NCBI GenBank assembly: GCA_001302985.1
Contig: LJNG01000005.1
Location: 1 to 48,242 of the forward strand
Direction of reading: 5' to 3'
Source: Parcubacteria bacterium DG_74_3
GTDB lineage: Bacteria; Patescibacteriota; Minisyncoccia; Minisyncoccales; DG-74-3
Length of the DNA stretch: 48,242 bases
Part shown: positions 18,573 to 26,211 of the stretch, piece after piece
Numbering within the stretch: position 1 is the first letter of the stretch
Layout: each line of letters starts with the position of its first letter
Translations under genes and position numbers: made by a program
Notes under the pieces: generated by a model
Told to the model about the DNA's origin: nothing
The model's input: only the letters and a program-made list of their open reading frames with translations
Databases searched by the model: none

Positions 18573-19112
18573 ATGATTCTTGGAGCAAAACAACTTTTAA
18601 AATTAGTGAAAGAGAAAAAACTGGTGGAAAATCTATCTGAAAGAGAATTACAAAATCCAGAGGGGGCTGGCTTTGATTTAAGGATAGGGGAGTTATATGA
18701 AATAAAAGGAAAGGGATTTTTAGGAATAAAAGAAAGAGAAACTCCAGAAATAAAATTAATTGCTAAATTCAACCCCAAAAAGCCAAAGAAAAACATTCTC
18801 AAGTCTAATGTCTATTATTTAATGAAGACGGTTGAAAAATTGAATATGCCAGATAATCTTTTAGCTCTGTTTACTCCCAGGTCTACTCTTTTTCGCTCGG
18901 GAGTTTATATTTTTGGTGGTCAAACTGCCCCCGGATATAAAGGAGAACTAACCACCGGAATTTGTAATTTTGGAAAGGAAAAATTTGAATTAGAGATGGG
19001 CTCAAGGGTCTTACATATTATGTTTTTTGAAGTAAAAGGAAAATCAGGTTTATATCGAGGTCAATGGCAGGGTGGTAGAGTTACCACCAAGAAAAAAGAA
19101 AAGCAAGTTTAA
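18573..19112 (+). CDS. Second dCTP deaminase/dUTPase-superfamily protein
   Basis: 179 aa, GAGFDLRIGE.., FTPRSTLFRSGV, APGYKGELT. Whether it acts as a deaminase or a dUTPase cannot be told by eye. Confidence 0.7.
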   Translation: MILGAKQLLKLVKEKKLVENLSERELQNPEGAGFDLRIGELYEIKGKGFLGIKERETPEIKLIAKFNPKKPKKNILKSNVYYLMKTVEKLNMPDNLLALFTPRSTLFRSGVYIFGGQTAPGYKGELTTGICNFGKEKFELEMGSRVLHIMFFEVKGKSGLYRGQWQGGRVTTKKKEKQV

Positions 19113-19218
19113 GATTGCAGGGGGCTTTGAAAATTTTTATATATTTAGAGAAGATATCTTTGCGGACGCTGTGGCGAACACTTAATAGCAAGAATCGCTT
19201 TTTATCTAGATAAATTAA

Positions 19219-19250
19219 AGAGAACTTCTTTTAAGAAGCTCTCTTTTTTT
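19219..19250 (+). terminator. Intrinsic terminator
   Basis: AGAGAACTTCTT / AAGAAGCTCTCT (11 of 12 bp) followed by TTTTTT. Confidence 0.7.
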
Positions 19251-19253
19251 GAG

Positions 19254-19282
19254 TTGACAAATTAATTGTTTTGTGGTATTTT
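19254..19282 (+). promoter_or_regulatory. Sigma70-like promoter
   Basis: TTGACA (19254-19259), 17 nt, TATTTT (19277-19282), with GAAGGAGG at 19311-19318 downstream. Confidence 0.55.
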
Positions 19283-19318
19283 TTAAATGGTTCTTAAAAT
19301 AAAAGAGTGTGAAGGAGG

Positions 19319-19858
19319 TTGGAATTAACAGAAAAGATAACGAGAATGATCCTCGTTGATAGTGACAATCTCTTGGGAACTAAGAGGGAAATTGAAGAGA
19401 GATTAGATGAGATTGAATTCTTAAAATTCCTTGCCAACAATCAGAAAAGCCAAATTTACTACTATTTTGTTCCTCGACAGATAACTCTTTTGGCGGAGGA
19501 AGCAAAAGACCCCTTCGTGGGATTTATGGAATTCCTCTTCAACGAACTGCGACCGGCTTTAGAGAAGAAAGGGCATTTCTTTAAAACTTTTATCAGCAGA
19601 GATAATATAGACTCCAAAATAGTGACAGATATAGCCCGATTATTACTTCGGGGAAAAAAAGATATTAAAGAGATAATTCTAATTTCAGGAGACGGAGATT
19701 TTGCCGAAATTCTCGAGCTGGCAAAAGAGGAGGGAATAAAGATTATTGTGGTTGCCGGAAAAAAAACTTGTTCCAGAAAACTAAAGGAGGTGGCTCAAGA
19801 AGTATTCTACGTTGAAGACCTCATCGGGGAGCATTCAGAATTAATCTTACAACACTAA
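19319..19858 (+). CDS. NYN/LabA-like (PIN-related) domain protein
   Basis: ..ILVDSDNLLG.. and ..ILISGDGDFAEILELAKEEGIKIIVVAG..SRKLKEVAQEVFYVEDL match the LabA/NYN pattern. The TTG start abuts the SD, so the true start is uncertain. Confidence 0.6.
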   Translation: MELTEKITRMILVDSDNLLGTKREIEERLDEIEFLKFLANNQKSQIYYYFVPRQITLLAEEAKDPFVGFMEFLFNELRPALEKKGHFFKTFISRDNIDSKIVTDIARLLLRGKKDIKEIILISGDGDFAEILELAKEEGIKIIVVAGKKTCSRKLKEVAQEVFYVEDLIGEHSELILQH

Positions 19859-19906
19859 GGGTTTTTCAACCCTTTTTTTGTTTTCAAAAATCTATATAAT
19901 AAAATA

Positions 19907-20626
19907 ATGAGAAAAAAACAAAAAATGGGTAAATTTTTTGTTTTTGAAGGAATAGACGGTTCTGGTAAATCTACCCAGGCAAATTTGCTAATTAAGCACC
20001 TAAAAAAAGCTGGCACTATAACAGCTTTTATTGATTTTCCCCAATATGGAAAAAAATCAGCAGGTCTGATTGAAGAGTATTTAGTCGGAAAATATGGCCC
20101 CTCTACAAAAGTCACCCCCTATCAGGCTTCTATTTTTTATGCTTGTGACCGTTATGATGCTTCCTTTACAATAAGAGATTGGTTAAAAAGAGGCAAAATT
20201 GTGGTGGTTGATAGATATATTGGCTCTAATATCGGTCATCAAGGAGGGAAAATAAAAAATAAAAAAGAAAGAGAAAAATTTTTAAGATGGTTATATAATC
20301 TTGAATACAGTATTTTTCAAATTCCCAAACCAGACACTGTTTTTATTTTAAAGGTTCCTCCTAGAATAGCCCAATCTCTGGCTGGCAAAATTACTGATAA
20401 AGAAAAAAAAGTGAAAAAAAGGATTTATCTGGGTCATAAAAAAAGAGACATTCACGAAAAAGACTTGACCCATCTTATTAATACCGAAAGGTCCTATCTG
20501 GAGGCAGCCAAAAAATTCCCCAGAGATTTTAAAATTATAGAATGTTTAAAAAGGGGAAAATTGTTGCCACCAGAAATAATTCATCAAGAAATTTGGAAAA
20601 TCACTAAACAAATTTTAAAATTATGA
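19907..20626 (+). CDS. tmk: Thymidylate kinase
   Basis: FFVFEGIDGSGKSTQ P-loop and DRY motif. The start could be the second ATG at 19925. Confidence 0.88.
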   Translation: MRKKQKMGKFFVFEGIDGSGKSTQANLLIKHLKKAGTITAFIDFPQYGKKSAGLIEEYLVGKYGPSTKVTPYQASIFYACDRYDASFTIRDWLKRGKIVVVDRYIGSNIGHQGGKIKNKKEREKFLRWLYNLEYSIFQIPKPDTVFILKVPPRIAQSLAGKITDKEKKVKKRIYLGHKKRDIHEKDLTHLINTERSYLEAAKKFPRDFKIIECLKRGKLLPPEIIHQEIWKITKQILKL

Positions 20627-21282
20627 ATATTGCTAAATTCATTGACCACACAAATATCCAAAAAGAAGCCAAAAACCAAGACATTAAAAAAACCTGCCAA
20701 GAAGCCAAAAAATATGGTTTTAAAAGCGTTGTTGTCAACCCTCAATGGGCAAAATTAGTCAAGCGAGAATTAAGGGGAATAGGCATTAAAACCGTTATTT
20801 TGGTTGACCCGCCCATAGGCGATAGCTCCCATCAAAAACGGATTCAAATTTGCCATAAAGCGAAAAAAGAAGGAGCTGATGAAATAGATATTGTAATTTC
20901 AATTCCCGATGTCAAATATGGAAGATGGGAAAAAATTTTAAAAGAACTTAAAATGGTTTGTAAAATCTTGCCAACTAAAGTAATTATTGGTTCTGGCTAC
21001 TTAACAGATTCTGAAATAGAAAAAGCTTCGAGAATCGTTAAAGAGGCAGGTTGTATCTGTGTTAAAACCTCAACCGAAAAAGACCCTCTGGACCATTTTG
21101 AGCTAGAAGAGAAAGTTCGACATTTAAAAATAATGAAAAAATCAGCTCCCGGCCTTTTAATTAAAGCCTCAGGAAAAATTCAAACCCTAAAAGACTTCAA
21201 AATGATGCTTCGGGCAGGTGCTGATATCATCGGAACCAGTTCTAGCGTCAAGATTATAAAAGAAGCGCTAAAACGTTCCTAA
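20623..21282 (+). CDS. deoC: Deoxyribose-phosphate aldolase
   Basis: 219 aa, IDHTNI.., VKTSTEKD, IKASGKIQT (Schiff-base lysine context). Confidence 0.8.
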   Translation: MNIAKFIDHTNIQKEAKNQDIKKTCQEAKKYGFKSVVVNPQWAKLVKRELRGIGIKTVILVDPPIGDSSHQKRIQICHKAKKEGADEIDIVISIPDVKYGRWEKILKELKMVCKILPTKVIIGSGYLTDSEIEKASRIVKEAGCICVKTSTEKDPLDHFELEEKVRHLKIMKKSAPGLLIKASGKIQTLKDFKMMLRAGADIIGTSSSVKIIKEALKRS

Positions 21283-21314
21283 ATTCTAGATTCTATTTTT
21301 TAGATTCTAATATT

Positions 21315-22781
21315 ATGTACCAATCAGTAATAGGTTTAGAAATTCATATTGAACTTAACACTCGTTCCAAGATGTTTTGTGGATGCGTCAACGACCCCAA
21401 TGAACGTCACCCGAATGTAAATATCTGCCCAATTTGTCTGGGGCATCCAGGAACCCTGCCCGTAATTAACAAAGAGGCAATAAAAAAAGTAATAAAGACC
21501 GCCCTATCTTTTAATTGTCAGATTCCTCCTCTTTCTAAATTCGACCGTAAAAGCTATTTTTATCCCGATTTACCAAAAGGTTATCAAATAAGTCAATATG
21601 ATACCCCCCTATCTAAAAGCGGATACTTAGATTTCAAAGTGAACGACGAGAAGAGAAGAGTGAGAATTAGGAGGGTACATTTAGAAGAAGATACCGGAAG
21701 ATTGATTCACCCAAAAGGAAAAGATTATTCTCTGGTAGATTTTAACCGAGCTGGCATTCCTTTAATGGAATTGGTTACCGAGCCTGATTTGAGGATAGCT
21801 AAAGAAGCTCGGAAATTTTCTGAAGAACTGCAGCTGATTTTAAGATATCTTGATGTTTCCAGTGCCGATATGGAAAAAGGTCAAATGAGAGTTGAAGCTA
21901 ATGTGAGTTTAGCTTCTCAGGAAGATGTAAAAAAAGGAAAGCTGGGAGTTAAGGTAGAGATAAAAAATCTAAACTCTTTCCGAGCGGTCGAAAGAGCGAT
22001 TAATTATGAGATTAAAAGACAGGAAAAAATTTTAACATCTGGCAAAATAATAGTCCAAGAAACTCGAGGTTGGGATGAAATTTCTGGAGTAACAAAAAGT
22101 CAACGAGAAAAAGAATATGCCCACGATTATCGTTATTTTCCAGAGCCTGATTTACCACCCATTACCTGGCAGAAAAAGGATATTGAAAAAATCAGAGCAG
22201 AAATACCCGAGCTTCCCCAACCCAGACGTCAGCGCTTGCAAAAAGAATACCATCTTTCAGACAAAGAAACAGAATTTTTTGTTTTTAACAAAGAACTTGA
22301 AGAATATTTTGAAAAAGTAATAAGCGAATTAGAACCTAAACTCTCTCCTTCAAAACTTTCTGCCCTAATAAAATTAACAATTAACTATTTAATAACTGAT
22401 TTGCAAGGATTATTAAAAGGAGAGTCGGTTGCGGTTAAGGACTTTCTAATTACCCCAGAAAATTTTGCTGAATTTATTACCCTAATTCACCAGGGAAAAA
22501 TTTCAAGCAAAATTGCCAAAATGGTTTTAGAAGAAATGTTTAAAACAGGAGCTGACCCCTCTCATATCATTGACGAAAAAGAACTCATTCAGATAACTGA
22601 CGAGACTCATATTGAAGAAATTGTAAATCAAGCAATATCAGAAAATCCCAAAGCAGTCTCAGATTTAAAACAGGGAAAAGAAGGCGCTCTGCAGTTTTTA
22701 ATTGGCCAGGTGATGGCTAAAACCAAAGGAAGGGCAAACCCTGAAATCGTTAGTAAAATCTTGGAAAAGAAATTAACTTAA
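21315..22781 (+). CDS. gatB: Glu/Asp-tRNA amidotransferase subunit B
   Basis: 488 aa, VIGLEIHIELNTRSKMFCGC.., with a C-terminal YqeY-like tail. It lies 14 kb from gatCA. Confidence 0.92.
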   Translation: MYQSVIGLEIHIELNTRSKMFCGCVNDPNERHPNVNICPICLGHPGTLPVINKEAIKKVIKTALSFNCQIPPLSKFDRKSYFYPDLPKGYQISQYDTPLSKSGYLDFKVNDEKRRVRIRRVHLEEDTGRLIHPKGKDYSLVDFNRAGIPLMELVTEPDLRIAKEARKFSEELQLILRYLDVSSADMEKGQMRVEANVSLASQEDVKKGKLGVKVEIKNLNSFRAVERAINYEIKRQEKILTSGKIIVQETRGWDEISGVTKSQREKEYAHDYRYFPEPDLPPITWQKKDIEKIRAEIPELPQPRRQRLQKEYHLSDKETEFFVFNKELEEYFEKVISELEPKLSPSKLSALIKLTINYLITDLQGLLKGESVAVKDFLITPENFAEFITLIHQGKISSKIAKMVLEEMFKTGADPSHIIDEKELIQITDETHIEEIVNQAISENPKAVSDLKQGKEGALQFLIGQVMAKTKGRANPEIVSKILEKKLT

Positions 22782-22793
22782 GTAAATAAAAAA

Positions 22794-22818
22794 AGAGAGT
22801 TTTTTTAGAACTCTTTTT
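22794..22818. terminator. Hairpin between convergent genes (possibly a bidirectional terminator)
   Basis: AGAGTT-tttttag-AACTCT flanked by an A-run and a T-run. Confidence 0.5.
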
Positions 22819-22841
22819 AAATTGGGGCATTTGCCTCTTTT

Positions 22842-23189
22842 TTATATCATCGCGAAGGCGCTGACAGCGATTGCTAAATCCCATAACCACATAGACATTT
22901 GTGCCTCATCGCTTAGGTCCTCTCGCCAGAGTACATTCCATTTGGTATAGCCCAGATAGGACAATATGCAGGCCATGGTATAAAAAATTCCCAGAGCCAT
23001 CCAGGCCCACCAGGCACTAAAGATTCCTAACTTTGAAGCAACTACCAAAGAGACAATTGCGGTACCAGTAACAAAGAACCATATTCTTTCTTTTGCTTTG
23101 CTTATATTTTTAGTCGTAGGTTGAGGTAGCGGTATAATACAATAGTAGGCTATGCCACTTACCAAGAGAAAGGCAGAGATAACATCCAC
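22842..23189 (-). CDS. Hypothetical membrane protein
   Basis: 115 aa with 3-4 hydrophobic segments, Trp-rich. No family recognised. Confidence 0.45.
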   Translation of the reverse strand: MDVISAFLLVSGIAYYCIIPLPQPTTKNISKAKERIWFFVTGTAIVSLVVASKLGIFSAWWAWMALGIFYTMACILSYLGYTKWNVLWREDLSDEAQMSMWLWDLAIAVSAFAMI

Positions 23190-23250
23190 CCCTTTTTCCT
23201 CCAGAATATTTTATAACAAATTTTTGAAAATTCGTCAAGGAATAAAAAGC

Positions 23251-24183
23251 TTATTTTAAAAGAAAATTTTTTACTAGTTTCTCCGCTTCCTTATAATTCT
23301 TAATCCATTTAATTCTTTTATCTCTTTTAAACCAGGTCATTTGGCGCTTAGCAAACTGAATTGTATGAAGCTGAATTTTTTCTTTTACTTTCTCTCTCTC
23401 ATTTTTTGTAAGAGAAAAACTTATTTTTCTCTTATTCTCTGAAGCTTTAACTAAAGAGAACCATTCCTGGTAACCAATGGTTTGTAAAGCAGGGAACCAG
23501 CCATATTTTTTTACTAGCCCCTGCACCTCTTTTTCCAGTCCCATCTTCAACATTTTTTCTATTCTTTCTTTAATCTCTTCTTTAAGGCATTCTTTCTCCA
23601 ACAGTAGTCCAATTTGTAAAACATCAAATAGGGGTTTACCCCTCTTTCTTTTTTTCCAGAAAGGAAAACCTCCTACCTTAGAGACTTCAATTGCTCGAAT
23701 TAATCTCCTCTTGTTTTTCTTATCAATAAATTTTGCCCCTTCTGGGTCTAATTTTTTATAAATTTTAAAAAGTTCTTTCTCTGTTCTTAATTCTAATTTC
23801 TTCCTTAATTTTTTTTGGGGGGAAACCCTTGGAAATTTAATATTATCCACAATAGACTGAATATAAAGACCAGTTCCCCCTACAAGAAAAGGCAATTTTC
23901 TCTTTTCTTGAGTCTCTTTAATTTTTTGAAGAGCTATTTTTTTATAAATTACTACGTTAAATTCTTGGTCGGGCCAAATTATATCAATTAAATGATAGGG
24001 AATACCCCTCATTTCTTTTTTGGTGGGCTTTGCCGTACCAATATTCATTTTCTTATATACCTGTCTTGAGTCAGCTGAAACAATTGCTCCATTAAATTTT
24101 TTTACTAATTTAATAGCCAGCTTTGTTTTTCCCACAGCCGTTTGTCCCAAAATAACAATTAGTTTTGGTAAATCTTTTGCCAT
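23251..24183 (-). CDS. miaA: tRNA dimethylallyltransferase
   Basis: 310 aa, ..IVILGQTAVGKTKLAI.., SADSRQVYKKMNIGTAKPT. Confidence 0.9.
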   Translation of the reverse strand: MAKDLPKLIVILGQTAVGKTKLAIKLVKKFNGAIVSADSRQVYKKMNIGTAKPTKKEMRGIPYHLIDIIWPDQEFNVVIYKKIALQKIKETQEKRKLPFLVGGTGLYIQSIVDNIKFPRVSPQKKLRKKLELRTEKELFKIYKKLDPEGAKFIDKKNKRRLIRAIEVSKVGGFPFWKKRKRGKPLFDVLQIGLLLEKECLKEEIKERIEKMLKMGLEKEVQGLVKKYGWFPALQTIGYQEWFSLVKASENKRKISFSLTKNEREKVKEKIQLHTIQFAKRQMTWFKRDKRIKWIKNYKEAEKLVKNFLLK

Positions 24184-24210
24184 TATTTTATTTTATATTA
24201 ATTTGAACAA

Positions 24211-24236
24211 AATAAAAAAGCTGAGATTTTCTCAGC
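24211..24236 (-). terminator. Intrinsic terminator (minus strand)
   Basis: Minus strand reads GCTGAG-aaaat-CTCAGC then TTTTTT. Confidence 0.65.
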
Positions 24237-24351
24237 TCTCAGGTTTTTAAGCAGAAAGCCAGATGTGTTTGCATAGGGACAATTTTTCATTGCGGTGCCT
24301 TTTTTCAGGCTACATTTTCCATCTGCGGAAATAGTGACCCTCGCCTCGGTT

Positions 24352-24600
24352 TTAGGGCAATATTGTTCTGTTATTTTTACGTCCCCCGGTAGGCTCTTCT
24401 GAGGAGAGCCCTTCAAATAGTTGGAAGCCAGCGATCTTACCCTCCAAGACCTTCTTTAGAGCTTCCATAGCATAGGCAAGGGCATCTTCTTTGTTTAGGT
24501 CCTCTTTAGTCTCTATCAGCGGATAATGTGCTTTATGGTATATTGCGAGATGAAAAGCTTTCGGTTTTTCAGGCTTCTCCACCAATAATTGGGTTTCCAT
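24352..24600 (-). CDS. Small hypothetical protein (82 aa, possibly continuing to 24198 after a frame disruption)
   Basis: AGGAG lies 8 nt before the ATG and a consensus promoter lies upstream. A second frame (24416..24198) continues to the terminator. Confidence 0.5.
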   Translation of the reverse strand: METQLLVEKPEKPKAFHLAIYHKAHYPLIETKEDLNKEDALAYAMEALKKVLEGKIAGFQLFEGLSSEEPTGGRKNNRTILP

Positions 24601-24630
24601 CTCTTATTCTCCTTTTAGGTTACTGATTAT

Positions 24631-24658
24631 ATTATATAACATTTTTGAAAAATTGCAA
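24631..24658 (-). promoter_or_regulatory. Near-consensus sigma70 promoter (minus strand)
   Basis: TTGCAA (24658-24653), 16 nt, TATAAT (24636-24631). Confidence 0.65.
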
Positions 24659-24659
24659 G

Positions 24660-24684
24660 AAAAAAAGAGCTGAGTTTTCTCAGC
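24660..24684 (-). terminator. Intrinsic terminator after miaB (minus strand)
   Basis: GCTGAG-aaaa-CTCAGC then TCTTTTTTT. The stem is the same as in the 24220 terminator. Confidence 0.65.
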
Positions 24685-24823
24685 CCCCATGGGAGATTTT
24701 TGTTCTCTTTATTGTCAGGGGTGTATCTTTACCCTCAAAGATGGAGTAAATCCACCCATTCCACTTAAAAGAAAGAGCCACAATCTCACCCTCTCTGATG
24801 ACAGGTATTTTTATTATATATGA

Positions 24824-26110
24824 TTATTTTAATTTTGTCAATCCCTCTAAACCCCAGGGGAGAGCTTTGACAATTTTTACTTCAACGAATTGACCAATTA
24901 AATCTTGAGGTCTGGAACCTGGAACCTCAAATTTTACTGTTTTGTATGTTCTATTTTTTCCCATGCAGAAATTTTTTTTATTTTTCATAACCAAAACTTC
25001 TACTGTTTTTCCAATCAATTTTTTGTTTTTTTCTAAAGCAGTTTTTCTCAAAATCCCCGATAAAATCTTAAACCTTCTTTCTTTTTCTTGATGGGGGACA
25101 TCGTCTTTAAGTTTAAAGGCAGCTGTTTGGGATCTGGGAGAATATTGAGCAATATAGGCCATATCATATTTTATTTCTTTCAAAAGTTTTTCTGTATTCT
25201 CGAATTGTTTTTTGGTTTCCCCGGGAAATCCAACAATAACATCAGTAGATAGAGAGATGCCTGGAATTTTTTCTCTAATCTTTTTGACTAATTTTTTATA
25301 TTGTTCAATTTTATAGGGTCTATTCATTCTCTTTAAAACATCATTATTACCGGACTGAACCGGTAAATTAAGATATTGGGCAAATTTTTTAGAATTTGCC
25401 ATAGTTTTGATTAAATTTTCAGAAAAATCTTTTGGATTTGGTGAAGTAAATCTAATCCAAAAATCTCCCTCAATTTGATTTATTTTTCTTAAAAGTTCGG
25501 GGAAATGAATCGAAGAATCGATAGGGGATTGATAGTCATTTACATTTTGGCCCAAAAGCCAGATTTCTTTAAACCCCCCCCTAATTACGTTTCTTGCTTC
25601 ATCTAAAATTTTTTCATGATTTCGACAGACCAAAAAACCGCGAACATAAGGCACAACACAATAAGCACAAAAGTTATTGCAACCATTTGAAATCGGAATG
25701 AAAGCTGAAAAATCATTTTGATATTTAGGGGAAACATCCAAATAATCTTTATAAACCCTGCCAGCTTTTTTGAGGTTTTGAAACCTTGACCAGTTGAGTA
25801 AGTCTTTAATGTTCAAAACAAAATCAAATTCTTTGGCAAATTTCTTTTTATCTTTTTTTAAAATACAACCCGTTAAAAGGGTTTTGAGGTTTGAATTCTT
25901 CTTTTTAAGATTTTTAAATTTGGGTATTAATCCATAAACTCTGTCAACCGCTGATTGTCTTACCGAGCACATGTTGGTTAGAACTAAATCAGCCTCTTGA
26001 ATGCTTGAAGCTAATTTATATCCCGCTTCTTTCAAAACCGCAGTAATTCTTTCGCTGTCACTTTTATTCATTTGACAGCCATATGTAATTAGAAAGTATT
26101 TTTTGGGCAT
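24824..26110 (-). CDS. miaB: tRNA-i6A37 methylthiotransferase
   Basis: 428 aa, ..ITYGCQMNKSDSE.., radical-SAM CNNFCAYCVVP, C-terminal TRAM. Confidence 0.9.
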   Translation of the reverse strand: MPKKYFLITYGCQMNKSDSERITAVLKEAGYKLASSIQEADLVLTNMCSVRQSAVDRVYGLIPKFKNLKKKNSNLKTLLTGCILKKDKKKFAKEFDFVLNIKDLLNWSRFQNLKKAGRVYKDYLDVSPKYQNDFSAFIPISNGCNNFCAYCVVPYVRGFLVCRNHEKILDEARNVIRGGFKEIWLLGQNVNDYQSPIDSSIHFPELLRKINQIEGDFWIRFTSPNPKDFSENLIKTMANSKKFAQYLNLPVQSGNNDVLKRMNRPYKIEQYKKLVKKIREKIPGISLSTDVIVGFPGETKKQFENTEKLLKEIKYDMAYIAQYSPRSQTAAFKLKDDVPHQEKERRFKILSGILRKTALEKNKKLIGKTVEVLVMKNKKNFCMGKNRTYKTVKFEVPGSRPQDLIGQFVEVKIVKALPWGLEGLTKLK

Positions 26111-26136
26111 TAATTTTATTAAAACTTTTATATTTT

Positions 26137-26193
26137 AAAACAAAACCTCGGCTTTTTTCAACCCCCAAACTTGGTGGAGGGGTCAAACCGAGG
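26137..26193 (-). terminator. Intrinsic terminator (minus strand)
   Basis: CCTCGG..(ACCCC..GGGGT)..CCGAGG nested stems followed by TTTTGTTTT. Confidence 0.55.
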
Positions 26194-26211
26194 CTAATTA
26201 GTATCAAGCCA

